Origin: Octopus vulgaris
Lineage: Eukaryota
Assembly: GCA_951406725.2 (NCBI GenBank)
Contig: OX597814.1
Coordinates: 35,340,001-35,404,000, forward strand
Direction of reading: 5' to 3'
Length of the DNA: 64,000 nt
In this document: positions 41,736 to 55,400 of the stretch, piece by piece
Position numbering within the stretch: the first letter of the stretch is position 1
Layout of the letters: every line of letters begins with the position of its first letter
Notes under the pieces: generated by a model
Database searches by the model: none
Seen by the model: only the letters and a program-made list of their open reading frames with translations
Told to the model about the DNA's origin: nothing
Position numbers and translations under genes: made by a program

Positions 41736-43584
41736 CGGATGAAAGATATAAATATATATATTCACTCCATAAGCATTCATTTGTTTATGTGGGGATTTTT
41801 CTTTTTGTTTGCAGTGAGAGTGAGAAAGGGAGGAGAGAGAGAGAGAGAGCGGATAATATATATATATATATATCGTTGCTATTATGTTAAACTGTCGAAT
41901 GCCCAAATTTGTCAAAACGCGTTTTTTTTTCAATATTTATTTTTGCTTACAATAACCGGTCCTTTTCGTCAAGCTATCGTATCTCCATCAGATGCCAAGA
42001 TATCAAAAATTGTCAGAGTGTAGTAGAATGGTTTTGCTATGGAATGGTGAAACTATTTTTTCGTTTTCTGAAAAAGCAACGTTTTGGACTTGCGATACTA
42101 TTGCATAATAACAACAGTATATATAAATATATATACACACACACACATACATATATTTTCTCTATCTTTCTTCATCTTTCTCTATCTCTCACCTTCTCTC
42201 TCCCTCTCTGTCTGCAAACAAAAGACGCAACTTTACGGAAAAAGCATTCAGATGAATTATCTTTGCTGGGCATAACGCAAACGTATCTTACAGCTGAATG
42301 ATTCAATTCACCACAACATTGTTCCGTGTTCCTTATCGAAAAAGGTTAGATATTTCTCGCGCGCAGAGAAGCAGAGGACATTTCCTTGTACTAAATGAAA
42401 GATATAGATTTATACACGGCATACATTTGTTTATGCAGGGGTTTTTCAACAAGTATATGAATATGTGAAATATATGCATATATATCTACTTTTGCTATCG
42501 CTCTCAGAATTTATCCAATTATCACCAAATCTTCCATCATTTCTTCCTGCATTGTGGATATCTATTTCGTTTCACTCCTCCCAAAATTCATCACTCGCGT
42601 TAAATTCATCGCTAGCAACACCTCTTGGCTTTCTCAAAACTGACGCTACCAGTGCAGAACCGAAACTTTGCAATTTTCAACTCACTACATAAACAATTTT
42701 TATACAGTGCACTATCACTGACCGATACATAGACACTCAGAATACAGCTGATCTGTTTCTTAACTATAAACTCAATATCTATCTCTGAATCTATCGGTTT
42801 ATGCGATGTTGTCCAGCCTATCCAGCACACAGGGTACACAACGCATCACACACTTCCTGGACCCTATGGCATATCAAATCTACTGACTCATGGGACCTCC
42901 TTTTTTTTTTTTTTTTTTTTGCTAAATATCAATGACAGCAAATGTGCTTCATCTCTTACTCACCGGAAACAACTAAGTAGTTGATTAAAACGATCCCCTT
43001 AGGCGAGTCCATTTACATCCCCTAATAACCAAAACTTGAAAGCTAGGTTCTGCAGGTGTTTCACTTACAGCTGTGATGCTAAAGATCAAGAAATAAATAC
43101 GATCTACAACGTTTGGAAAACACTACCCACTCTTAAAAACTAGCCGGTTTTTATCGAGCACCGTAAAGGTAATGTGAACAAATTTAAACCCTACAAGTTT
43201 TCCGGGTTGTAATCCTATGTAAATGCATAATCAATGATGCCCACGTACATATGTTTGTACATTTGATTAATTTAAGCAGAAAGAGAATGTTTGTGTGTGC
43301 GTGTTTATCATGAATAAAAGACTGACTCTTCAAAATTTCTTCGGCGATTATCTGCATCAGATTTCGAGTTCCACAGATGTACATACTTGTTATATATTTC
43401 AACCTAGTGTTTAGCTGGAAGAAAACACTCGGTAGATTTTTTATCGAATCAAGTGCAAGTCATCATGATTTGAAGTATGGTAGAAACTAAAAGTTAAGAC
43501 GTAGCTATAAAGACAAAATTTATTTCGAATATTATTTATGTGCGCGAGAAAAAAGTAACATAAGTGCACATGTATGTTCATGTA

Positions 43585-43646
<62 letters not shown>

Positions 43647-43649
43647 GGG

Positions 43650-43990
43650 CGGGTAAAATTCCCGAAATCCATGGACGAGACTCTCTCCAGCGGTCGTTGT
43701 CCTTCATCATCGCTGCAATGCCCTGTATCTTCCAGAGACCAGTGTCTGTCCTTAGGGCATCAACATATGTCATCCTCGGTCTCTTCCTTTCAGTGTGTCC
43801 TTGTAGGGGTTCCCACAGGAGTACTGAGTGCAGTATCAACTCTGAATGATGGTGAGCATCTCTAGCTAACCTTAGTCTCCTCTGTGTTATATTCGAGCTA
43901 ACCTTTGGGAAGCCCTCGTACGGCTCTGAGTTTTTCATCCTCAGTTATACTGATTAATGTTCAGAGCCATTCTCCCGAGGTTTCTTGTGA
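43650..43990 (-). mobile_element. RTE/RTEX-like LINE 3' remnant
   Basis: PKVSSNITQRRLRLA...VLLWEP...RPRMTYVDALRTDTGL...MKDNDRWR. Confidence 0.8.
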
Positions 43991-44848
43991 TCTGAATAGC
44001 GTAGCGCGCACACACACGCATGCATATATCTTGGAGGATACCTATATAGAGATATATAAATATATACCCATCGGAACTCTAACACGTACGACGATACTTA
44101 GCTACATAAATAACTGACAGATCTTCAAGTCGTACTTAGGTATTCATACCAGCAAACACATACTCCAGCATACAAAAAGCATATCTATGTACTCACATTT
44201 ACAAAAGCTTTTATATCCACTCAAAAAAAAAAATGCATACATATATACATACATACATACATACATACATACACACACGTACACACCTATTCTCATATAC
44301 GTACAAACTCGCATATACACACGTAGATATGCTGATGTATATAGACATACACAATAGTACGTATATCACACGAGTATACCTACAGAATTAATATTTTCCA
44401 ATTAATTTTGTAAGATATTTTTCTAGATTTCAAAGATCAGATGTAACTACATAATAAAGTTGTATTTTTTCTGCTGATATGTAAGTTGTGGAGTAGGTGA
44501 ATGTGTTCGTAATAATTCTTTAAGATTGACTGTCAAACCTACGTAAGATATCGAGATAGGGCTTATAGCATTGGTACTATAAGTTACTGTTGCATTATAT
44601 ATCATATTACTATCTAGACAGCTTCATTTTAAAAGACAAGATGGAGCATTGTTGCACTTACAGTATGTTGAGCATCTTGTGAGATTTTGGATGCTTGATA
44701 GGTTTAAAAAATGTTTTATTGGTATACTAGTGTTTTTGCCTTGTTATTGGTTTTCGAATGTGTTATTTTTATGAGTTTATTAATTAACTTACGGTATTTA
44801 CTTTTAGGTAGGAAGTGCTTTTGTATGATATGAAAGAACAGAGAAGTT

Positions 44849-44882
44849 ATCGTCCATTTAACTTGCAAGTTAAATGGACGAT
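44849..44882. repeat. Perfect 34-bp palindrome
   Basis: ATCGTCCATTTAACTTG|CAAGTTAAATGGACGAT, no spacer. Confidence 0.95.
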
Positions 44883-45089
44883 TAAATCAAATATTTTTAT
44901 TTATATTTCTCGTTTTCTTCTTGGGTATTAATGTAATGTTATATACGCATTATACTTGGCGTTTATATCCGATATTAAATATTGTGACATTATCAGGAAG
45001 AAATTACGTTCATTGGAAGAAAGGTTAGAGAGTTTGGAGGAGATAATGAGATTCTTTCAGAAGCTTTAGGGTAACATACACAAACATAC

Positions 45090-45148
<59 letters not shown>

Positions 45149-45341
45149 AATATATACACTCACACATACATATACATATATACATACATACGTACATACA
45201 TACATATGCACACCTGCGTACACGTATATATGTACATCTTTATATGTACGAATACAAATACATGTATATACCTCGTATTTACAACCATAGGCATATATAT
45301 AACAGACAAATACAAGTACATGAATACATATATATTTATAC

Positions 45342-45370
<29 letters not shown>

Positions 45371-45373
<3 letters not shown>

Positions 45374-46600
45374 GAGAAGTCCTTGTTTCTGTGATTTATT
45401 AAAACAAAAGCAGAGGTTGACTAATTACATCATTTTTTCGACATAATCTTCTTGCTTTCCGATGGACTTCTTCCAGCGGTCCACAAGCTTGTTTATCTCA
45501 TCGGAGATTTTCGAATGGACGCGCATCCATTTATGCTCTGCTTTCTGCGCTTCTTGGTTCGTAGCAAATCGACAACCTCATAAAGGATGTTTAAGCAGTT
45601 CTAAGAGTGACAGGAGTAGTGGGATCTGAAATGTATACAAGGTGTTCCAGCGACTGGAAAGCCAATTTTTCAATGGCTTCAACGGTGTGGGTAGGCTTGT
45701 GTGGGCTTGCGTTGACGTGCAACGATAACATTTACTTTGACAATAGACCTCGGCCTTTGGTGCGAATTGCTGGTTTCATTTTGTGAGCCAGCATTTCACT
45801 ATAGACCAGTGCTCCGCAAGCAGTATGCCGGAGTACACTGGTGTGCCACGATACGATGCTAGGTGTGCCGCGGTGTAACCTGAATATAGGTTTTCCCTGT
45901 ACTTTTATTTATAATTTTAGTTCAGATGTGCCACCGAATTTTGGAAAAAATATAAGTTTTCCGCAAGGGACAAGAGATTGTAGAGTACTGCTATATGCTA
46001 ATTGGTGATCGTAGACACCTTTAAAGGCTCTTTCACGTTCCAAATAACGATTTACATCACTTCTTCTGCGGAGAGTTGAGTCCTGAATCTCTTTGTCGCT
46101 GGCGATTCCGGGTGTTTTCACGCCATACTCTGCTTTTGGATTCTGGCTCAAAGAGACAGACCCAGACTTCATCTCCAGTAACTATTCTCTCCAAAGAAGC
46201 TTCACTTTTATTGTTGTAGCGGTCGAGTAAGATCCCCACGCGATTGCACTTATGCGCTTCGGTAAACTTTCTTAGCACCCATCTTACACTGACTTTACAG
46301 AAGCAAAGCTTGTTGTGGATGATTTCGTGTGCAGAACCCTGAGTAATTTGCAGAGAACGTAACTTCATCGATGATCATTTATCGGTTTGCCGGAAGTTAG
46401 TGCTCCTTCTTTGGCCATTTTAAGACTTCCCAGTCCTCTCTTACTTCTACGCGGTAGAGCACTGTTCCCGTATTGTACCGAAAGCCTGCAATGAATGTTA
46501 GTCTTTGATACATCTCCAGACCAGAATAATTTGTGAAACATTCGTCTGTCCCTGTCGGAAAGATTAAAAATGCGACTGTAGCATCTATGACACTGACAGG
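45371..46600 (-). mobile_element. mariner transposon remnant (second family); right boundary approximate
   Basis: GSAHEIIHNKLCFCKVSVRWVLRK...LERIVTGDEVWVCLFEPESK; interrupted by a MITE. Confidence 0.85.
45807..45990. mobile_element. hAT-type MITE nested in mariner
   Basis: Imperfect TIRs CAGTGCTCCGCAA/TTGTAGAGTACTG, subterminal GTGTGCC repeats, 8-bp flanks CTATAGAC/CTATATGC (6/8 identical). Confidence 0.7.
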
Positions 46601-47683
46601 GAGTCCAAAAAGATATGTTGCATTAAACTGCAGATGTGTATTTCGATTTTAGTCGTAATCTATCAATGTCTAACAGTAGTGGCTTCGGAAATAAAATCAG
46701 TGGCATGATATAAATCTCAGGTAATTGCATTTGACATAGTTTTAAGACAACTGAAAAAGATCAAAGATGGTAAACCGTTTTCTAAAATTCGTCGTGAAAA
46801 TGAAGATAACCTACCTATCAGAGGTGACATAGAGGTTTGTTTGTTCATCGTTCCATTGCTTGTCAACATAGTGACGTGTGTCTATCTGTCAATGACGAAT
46901 TTTAAGCCTTTCTGCTACATTCTGTAAAAATATTACTTTAGGTCATTTGTTTAGTGATATTTCTTGTTTTGCTAAGCAAATAGTTGGCATTTCAGTCCAG
47001 ACATACCATTTGAGAAAATGATTGAATAATTTACGACTTCATTCAGTTAAACACTTGTCATATAATGTGAGTAACTAGACGAAAACTTTCATCTGGAGTA
47101 GACGTACGGCTGTTGTAAATATACTAAGAAGGATGAGTAACTGCAGGGTGCAATGTGGATTATAGCAACAACGGACATCTGTTTATATGATCTATGTTTA
47201 TGCAATTTACCGAGGCAACCACAGGAATGTAAAATGTGTGCACAAAACCGCTAATTACGCTTGGTGAGCTGTTGTTTTCAGCAGGGTTGGTCGTTAACAG
47301 GAACTAAATCATGGTCAGTAGCGTTATTTGCTGGTGCGTGGTAATATTGGTAATTGGTAACAAGTCGCCATACATTGGAGTTACAAAGAGCTGCGAACTT
47401 TTGTTAGATTCATTAGTTCGAGATACCTTTGGTGGACGAGGCACAGCGATGTCCAGTCACAGGATGTTCCACAGTCCACTTACCCTTATAAGTCATGTGT
47501 GTTATGAACACTCATTCGTCTGTAAGGAGTCGTTCTCCAAGGACGAGGCACAACAGTAATTGATATGTTCATGTTCGAATCTATCAGAAAGTATGAAGAA
47601 TAAATATGCCCGTCATTGCTATATATCTATGTATACATGTGTGTGCCGGCTTGTGTGCGCTTGTTTTTGCGCGTGTGTGTATT

Positions 47684-47717
<34 letters not shown>

Positions 47718-48449
47718 ATCTCTACATATATCTATATAGTCATACACAACTATAGTCCATAGGAAGCCTCATACTTATTGGCTTACATAGCAGCACATAT
47801 ATATATATTCACTTACAAAGCATAGGGAGACCGAGACAGTCATATTAACACAGATACAGGCATACTAAGAAGCACATACATATTCAACACGTGTTTGCCG
47901 ACACACAGACGCGTTCATCCAAACACAGGCACACGCACCTGTACATGTATGTGTGAACAAAGCAACAAGTACGTATACACCGACATATATGTGGTCGTAC
48001 ACATATATACATGCACGCATGGTTTCTCGCATGGTTATATAAGTTCGAAGTCCCTGAGCTATTTACACATGCTGGGGCTGACATCTAATTATATATGCAT
48101 TTCCTTGCAAAGAAATAAGCAAATAGACAAGCAAATGTACGTATATGTATGGACGAAAACAAGATATACATAGACATACAAATACCTCTCCACACAAGTG
48201 CATATGTGCATGTGTGTGTATGTGTGAACAAATATTTTAAATCGCACATAAATTAGGCATATCTTAAATTACATTCATATATATATATATATATTTATGT
48301 GCATCTTCACACATTTATTCGTACATATACGCATTAACCTACATGCATAGTCGCATCTATCTATCTATCAATGTATATATGTAACCACGTGAGTACCACT
48401 GGCGATTTTTTTTCCTGTCTTCCCTTCTCGGGATCTTTCCTTCTCCTAT

Positions 48450-48484
48450 GTTTCCGACGAAGAGCTCCGCTCGAAACGTTAAAC
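48450..48484 (+). ncRNA. Minimal type-I hammerhead-like motif (U4C variant) inside a ~200-bp TA-flanked element (48380-48585)
   Basis: GTTT-CCGACGA-A-GAGC(TCC)GCTC-GAAA-CG-TT-AAAC. Confidence 0.7.
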
Positions 48485-48581
48485 CCTCCTTCTTCCCTTC
48501 TTGCCTGAGCGTCCAATAATTCTTTATTTGTTCCACGTCCTCGCGTTGTTGTGTTTTTTTTATTTTTTCTTGTTTGGATTA

Positions 48582-48629
<48 letters not shown>

Positions 48630-48949
48630 TATAATAGCATATTGGATTGGATGTCCACTTAGTGGTCATCCCATTTATACGCATGTACTACAATTCTTCT
48701 GAATTTTCCGATTTTTATATATGCTAGGGTACTGGTCTTAAATTGATATTAATTAAATTAATATTCAATTTATCACCATCATTGTTTAAATATATATATA
48801 TATATATATCAATAATAAAGTCACTTTGATCCGTGTAAGAGAGGTGCAGCCAAAGAGTAGGTGTCCTTAGACGTAAAAAAAATCCAATGGAGAGGTAGTG
48901 TCCGTCGAGGAAAGGTAAGAGTTGGTAGTGGTAGAATATAGGATCAGGA

Positions 48950-49110
48950 CGCCATGATAGATCGTTAGCTCCTACACGCATTTTTTTCTCTCCTTGTTTT
49001 TTTTCTGTGTATCTTTTCTATTTCTATTCCTGAGCGCTATACTAATACATTTGTTTGTTTGTACTCCACCTGCCTTCGTCTTTTGTTTATTTTCGTAAAC
49101 TTTCCCTATA
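48950..49110 (+). repeat. Short repeat, inverted homolog of 49672-49852, lacking the hammerhead segment
   Basis: CATGATAGATCGTTAGC...GAGCG..TAATACATTTGTTTGT...GTCTTTTGTTT shared with the reverse complement of 49672-49852. Confidence 0.65.
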
Positions 49111-49129
49111 TATATATATATAAAGCGAG

Positions 49130-49595
49130 GGAGGAATAGCTTCGGTTATTTCCGTACTTGTTGAAAAACATAGATAATGTAACAAATATCATCTATGTTT
49201 TTCAACATTCTTCTGGGCGCCTGACACAATGACCACCAATTCTCATTCTTCTCGGCTACTCATTGGTTAAATGAGCTGTCCATGTATCATGCAGAGGCAT
49301 TCTTAACATCATCCTATATATTGATTTCAAGAAGTTTTTTGATTCTATCCACACAGGCAAGATGCGCAAAATCCTGAAAGCATATGATGCCTCTCCAAAT
49401 CTCAATGCGATAGCAAAGCTTTATGAAGATACAAAAGTAAAAGTTATAAAACCCGATAGAGAGACAGGTTTCTTTAAAATAACAACAGGAATACTTCAAA
49501 TGGATACACTTGCACCATATCTGTTTCCTCTAGTACTAGACAATGAAATGCACAAGACCTTAGAAGGAAAAGCCGAGAAACTGGGGGTTTAAATT
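49130..49595. mobile_element. RTE/RTEX-like LINE pieces in opposite orientations
   Basis: + strand 49315-49595: IDFKKFFDSIH...GILQMDTLAPYLF. - strand 49130-49310: RRMRIGGHCVRRPE. Confidence 0.75.
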
Positions 49596-49597
49596 GG

Positions 49598-49671
<74 letters not shown>

Positions 49672-49761
49672 TTAGAATTTACAAAAAAAAAACAAAAGAC
49701 TAAGACGGGTGTGTAAACGACAAACAAATGTATTAATTTAACGCTCGGGAAGTGAGAAAGA

Positions 49762-49797
49762 CTTTTACGTTTCGAACCTACGCTCTTCGACAGAAAG
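49762..49797 (-). ncRNA. Minimal type-I hammerhead-like motif (A6U variant) inside short repeat 49672-49852
   Basis: Minus strand CTTT-CTGTCGA-A-GAGC(GTAG)GTTC-GAAA-CG-TA-AAAG. Confidence 0.6.
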
Positions 49798-50040
49798 GAA
49801 CAGAAATAAACAGAGAGAAAAAAAAAGATTTAGTGGCTACCGATCAATCATACATACATAAATGCAGAGAGATAGCTATGGTCATGTGATAAAGAAGTTC
49901 GCTTCCTTCACAACTATATAACTATGCAGTTTCGTGGTCGGTCATACTGCGTGGTATTTACAAGAATTGTTTGCTGCTACAACCCCGGGACACCTTGTGG
50001 GTGAATGTGGGAAGGAAACTATTTAGAACGTCGTTGGATA

Positions 50041-50605
50041 TACGCAAGGTGCATTCCAAAAGTTTTGATACACATCTTCAGGAGAGACATTTACTAACTC
50101 CAAAGTTAAGGTATCCACGTCGCCTGTCACAACCACTTTCATCTACAATACCACTACCTCTGAGGTACCCCTTCAGCTTGAGAAACAACCAAAAGTCGCG
50201 GGAACTAAGGTGTAGCCTGTTGAGAAGGTGAAGGACAGTTTGATACCCGTTTTTTGCCAAGTTTAATACAAAATGTATTGCCTAGCGAACTTCCTAATTA
50301 ATTTTACGTCCCGACTGCCACTGCACTAATCTTTATAAGTTTGGTACTTATTATATCGGTCTTTTTGCCGAGCCGCTAGTTTACGGGGGCATAAACAAAT
50401 CAACATTGGTTGCCGGACATGATTGGGTGGAAGAATCAATGCAAACACATACGTGGGGTGTTAAAAAGTTCTTGGCTTTGGGTAAAAGAAAATACTGGAG
50501 GATTAGTTAATTTGATTCAATGAAGACTCCTCTCGGGTTCACACACTTATCGCAGCGGTTCTTCAGTTTTTCCAAGTCCTGTAAAAGAACTTAGAAGGTT
50601 GGGAA
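50041..50605 (-). mobile_element. Two mariner 3'-end fragments separated by a SINE B tail fragment
   Basis: RDFWLFLKLKGYLRG (50078-50260) and KLKNRCDKCVNPRG with a TIR-like TACGTGGGGTGTTAAAAAGTTC at 50450; SINE B piece at ~50330-50450. Confidence 0.6.
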
Positions 50606-51034
50606 AAAGTTGACTTAGAATCCAAAAAAGAAAACCATATTGATTTCTAAATACCAAAAATTATCCAGATATTTTATTAGCAGCCTCAATTACAAACGGG
50701 TCAAAGTTGAAGAAAATTTATTGAAAAAAACCTGTCACCTGACATATATTTCAAACTCTTTAAACTTCAATGACAACAACTAGGCTGACAAATATTTGAT
50801 GCAACAGTACAAGATGATAATGCCATACTTGCAATGAAATGACTTCAAACACGTAGTGTGAAAATCAGAAATGAGTCTTTTTACCCCTGTTATCAATTTT
50901 GCCCTACTCTTCTAAGTAAGGGAAGTGTGAAATAAAGAAATGTATTGTACTTTGACACTTCTATTTTAATTAGATTACTCATATATATTTCATATTAAAT
51001 AACACTAATATATATTTATTATGCATGTAAGAAC

Positions 51035-51210
51035 AACGACCTGGAAGAATCGTTGACATGACAGCATTTCGACGTTCTGAGTTCAAATTCCGCCGAGACG
51101 GTCTTTACTTTTCATCCTTTTAGGGTCGATAAAATATGTACCAGCTGACCTAATTAAATAATCCCCTCCCCACCAAAGTAATGGCCTTGCACCAAAATCT
51201 GAAACCTATA
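51035..51210 (+). mobile_element. SINE family A, degenerate
   Basis: GTTCTGAGTTCAAATTCCGCCGAG...TTCATCCTTTTAGGGTCGATAAA. Confidence 0.75.
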
Positions 51211-51707
51211 TTTCTTACTCATGTATATGTTGTGTGTAGAAAGCACTTCACACAAACACAAACGTATAACACGTATATATACACGGGCAATGGAAATAAT
51301 CAAGCTAGACTATAGTTTTGCCGTTGTGGATTTTTAATATTATTTATTAACGAAGTTACAGACAACTAAGCATAAAATGAAACTTTCAAACAAAGGCCAA
51401 TTATATCGAAAGGCTATAAAAGATATAAAGTTATAAACTATAAAAATACTATAATAGAAAAATGAGGACATCTTTGTTTACTAGTTCAAAAAATCTAAAT
51501 GCCGCATAACATTGTGCACCTAAAAGAACTCGACAAACGACTATTTTAAAGAGATAAATTCAATTAGATATGTAACGTTTCTTTTCTGATTAAAGCATTG
51601 TTCGGGTATAAAATTTAAGTGAAAGATTTTATTAAAAGAAATAGAAATTATATTGTAAAAAATTTTAAACGGTTTATCCCTGTAAAATTATTTAATTCTA
51701 TATAATA

Positions 51708-51848
51708 TTAGGTTGTCCCAAAAGTTCGTAAACACTTGCGAAAATTGAATTTTTACTCGCCAAGTACTAACAATAACAACAAAAATTATTCCTCAAAATA
51801 AAGACCATTATTTTCCAAGACTTTCTACGAACTTTTGGGACAACCTTA
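51708..51848. mobile_element. mariner-type MITE (141 bp)
   Basis: Perfect 21-bp inverted repeat AGGTTGTCCCAAAAGTTCGTA (51710-51730, 51826-51846); TA on both sides. Confidence 0.85.
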
Positions 51849-52344
51849 TAAAAGTAATATCACAAATTCAAAACCAAAACTCACTAACGTCTCCTTAAAA
51901 ACAACATATCTTTAAACGAAGCCTCAGTTTACCAGGTTCTTCAGAAGCTAGTATGTTTATTAACTGAAGACTTATAAATAATGTATGAATAATATGTGAT
52001 AAATCATAAATGGTAATCTAAGTAAAATTTAAAATACAAGGTTTCCACCTCAAATTCGGCATTCTCAAATACAAACTCATCAATATCTATCTCATATTCT
52101 AAATCGTCAGTCTCAGTTGTGCTGCCGTTTACCTCTATTTCTTCATCCTCAACTTAAATGACGTTACTGTAGGATAGAGCGAGTATTTTTGTTTTAAACA
52201 ATGATTGCGATATTGTAAAAGTTTGTAAATAATGAAATATTTTGTAAAGGATGACAAGTTTTTCTATAGTAATAAAAATTGTCACACTGCCGTAGACAAA
52301 CGTACATATATTTAGTACATTAGGTATAAAACTATATACTGTAC

Positions 52345-52444
52345 NNNNNNNNNNNNNNNNNNNNNNNNNNNNNNNNNNNNNNNNNNNNNNNNNNNNNNNN
52401 NNNNNNNNNNNNNNNNNNNNNNNNNNNNNNNNNNNNNNNNNNNN
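52345..52444. other. Assembly gap (100 N)
   Basis: Run of N. Confidence 1.
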
Positions 52445-55400
52445 ATGAAAACTGGTGTAAGCTGATGATTGGAACATAGCAAAGATGTACTTCTGTTTAA
52501 ACCATGTATGGTCATGGGAAAATATTGCCATACAGGAAAACTGGTGTAAGCTGATGATTGGAACATAGCAAAGATGTACTTCTGTAAAAACCATGTATGG
52601 TCATGGGAAAATATTGCCATACATGAAAACTGGTGTAAGCTGATGATTGGAACATAGCAAAGATGTACTTCTGTAAAAACATGTATGGTCATGGGAAAAT
52701 ATTGCCATACATGAAAACTGGTGTAAGCTGATGATTGGAACATAGCAAAGATGTACTTCTGTAAAAACCATGTATGGTCATGGGAAAATATTGCCATACA
52801 TGAAAACTGGTGTAAGCTGATGATTGGAACATAGCAAAGATGTACTTCTGTAAAAACCATGTATGGTCATGGGAAAATATTGCCATACATGAAAACTGGT
52901 GTAAGCTGATGACTGGAACATAGCAAAGATGTACTTCTGTAAAAACCATGTATGGTCATGGGAAAATATTGCCATACATGAAATACTGAAACTGTAAGCT
53001 GATGACTGGAACATAGCAAAGATGTACTTCTGTAAAAACCATGTATGGTCATGGGAAAATATTGCCATACATGAAAACTGGTGTAGCTGATGCTGGATGA
53101 TGAAAACTGGAACATAGCATAAAGATGTACTTCTGTAAAAACATGTATGGTCATGGGAAAATATTGCCATACATGAAAACTGGTGTAAGCTGATGATTGG
53201 AACATAGCAAAGATGTACTTCTGTAAAAACATGTATGGTCATGGGAAAATATTGCCATACATGAAAACTGGTGTAAGCTGATGATTGGAACATAGCAAAG
53301 ATGTACTTCTGTAAAAACATGTATGGTCATGGGAAAATATTGCCATACATGAAAACTGGTGTAAGCTGATGATTGGAACATAGCAAAGATGTACTTCTGT
53401 AAAAACATGTATGGTCATGGGAAAATATTGCCATACATGAAAACTGGTGTAATGGTCATGATGATTGGAACATAGCAAAGATGTACTTCTGTAAAAACCA
53501 TGTATGGTCATGGGAAAATATTGCCATTGAAAACTGGTGTAAGCTGATGATGGAATACATGTAAAAAATGTATGGTCTGGTGTAAGCTGGTGATGATTGG
53601 AACATAGCAAAGATGTACTTCTGTAAAAACATGTATGGTCATGGGAAAATATTGCCATACATGAAAACTGGTGTAAGCTGATGATTGGAACATAGCAAAG
53701 ATGTACTTCTGTAAAAACCATGTATGGTCATGGGAAAATATTGCCATACATGAAAACTGGTGTAAGCTGATGACTGGAACATAGCAAAGATGTACTTCTG
53801 TAAAAACATGTATGGTCATGGGAAAATATTGCCATACATGAAAACTGGTGTAAGCTGATGATTGGAACATAGCAAAGATGTACTTCTGTAAAAACCATGT
53901 ATGGTCATGGGAAAATATTGCCATACATGAAAACTGGTGTAAGCTGATGATTGGAACATAGCAAAGATGTACTTCTGTGAAAACCATGTATGGTCATGGG
54001 AAAATATTGCCATACATGAAAACTGGTGTAAGCTGATGACTGGAACATAGCAAAGATGTACTTCTGTAAAAACCATGTATGGTCATGGGAAAATATTGCC
54101 ATACATGAAAACTGGTGTAAGCTGATGATTGGAACATAGCAAAGATGTACTTCTGTAAAAACATGTATGGTCATGGGAAAATATTGCCATACATGAAAAC
54201 TGGTGTAAGCTGATGATTGGAACATAGCAAAGATGTACTTCTGTAAAACCATGTATGGTCATGGGAAAATATTGCCATACATGAAAACTGGTGTAAGCTG
54301 ATGACTGGAACATAGCAAAGATGTACTTCTGTAAAAACATGTATGGTCATGGGAAAATATTGCCATACATGAAAACTGGTGTAAGCTGATGACTGGAACA
54401 TAGCAAAGATGTACTTCTGTAAAAACATGTATGGTCATGGGAAAATATTGCCATACATGAAAACTGGTGTAAGCTGATGACTGGAACATAGCAAAGATGT
54501 ACTTCTGTAAAAACATGTATGGTCATGGGAAAATATTGCCATACATGAAAACTGGTGTAAGCTGATGATTGGAACATAGCAAAGATGTACTTCTGTAGCA
54601 AAAAAACCATGTATGGTCATGGGAAAATATTGCCATACATGAAAACTGGTGTAAGCTGATGATTGGAACATAGCAAAGATGTACTTCTGTAAAAACCATG
54701 TATGGTCATGGGAAAATATTGCCATACATGAAAACTGGTGTAAGCTGATGACTGGAACATAGCAAAGATGTACTTCTGTAAAAACATGTATGGTCATGGG
54801 AAAATATTGCCATACATGAAAACTGGTGTAAGCTGATGATTGGAACATAGCAAAGATGTACTTCTGTAAAAACCATGTATGGTCATGGGAAAATATTGCC
54901 ATACATGAAAACTGGTGTAAGCTGATGATTGGAACATAGCAAAGATGTACTTCTGTAAAAACATGTATGGTCATGGGAAAATATTGCCATACATGAAAAC
55001 TGGTGTAAGCTGATGATTGGAACATAGCAAAGATGTACTTCTGTAAAAACCATGTATGGTCATGGGAAAATATTGCCATACATGAAAGCTGGTGTAAGCT
55101 GATGGTTGGAACATAGCAAAGATGTACTTCTGTAAAAACCATGTATGGTCATGGGAAAATATTGCCCATACATGAAAACATAGCAAAGATGTATTCTGTA
55201 AGCTGATGACTGGAACATAGCAAAGATGTACTTCTGTAAAAACATGTATGGTCATGGGAAAATATTGCCATACATGAAAACTGGTGTAAGCTGATGACTG
55301 GAACATAGCAAAGATGTACTTCTGTAAAAACATGTATGGTCATGGGAAAATATTGCCATACATGAAAACTGGTGTAAGCTGATGACTGGAACATAGCAAA

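Noticed and set aside
42500-43000. CR1/L2-like remnants here and near 1500-2000, 6360-6480 and 8300-8700
   Set aside because: Too decayed to assign boundaries or clade by eye.
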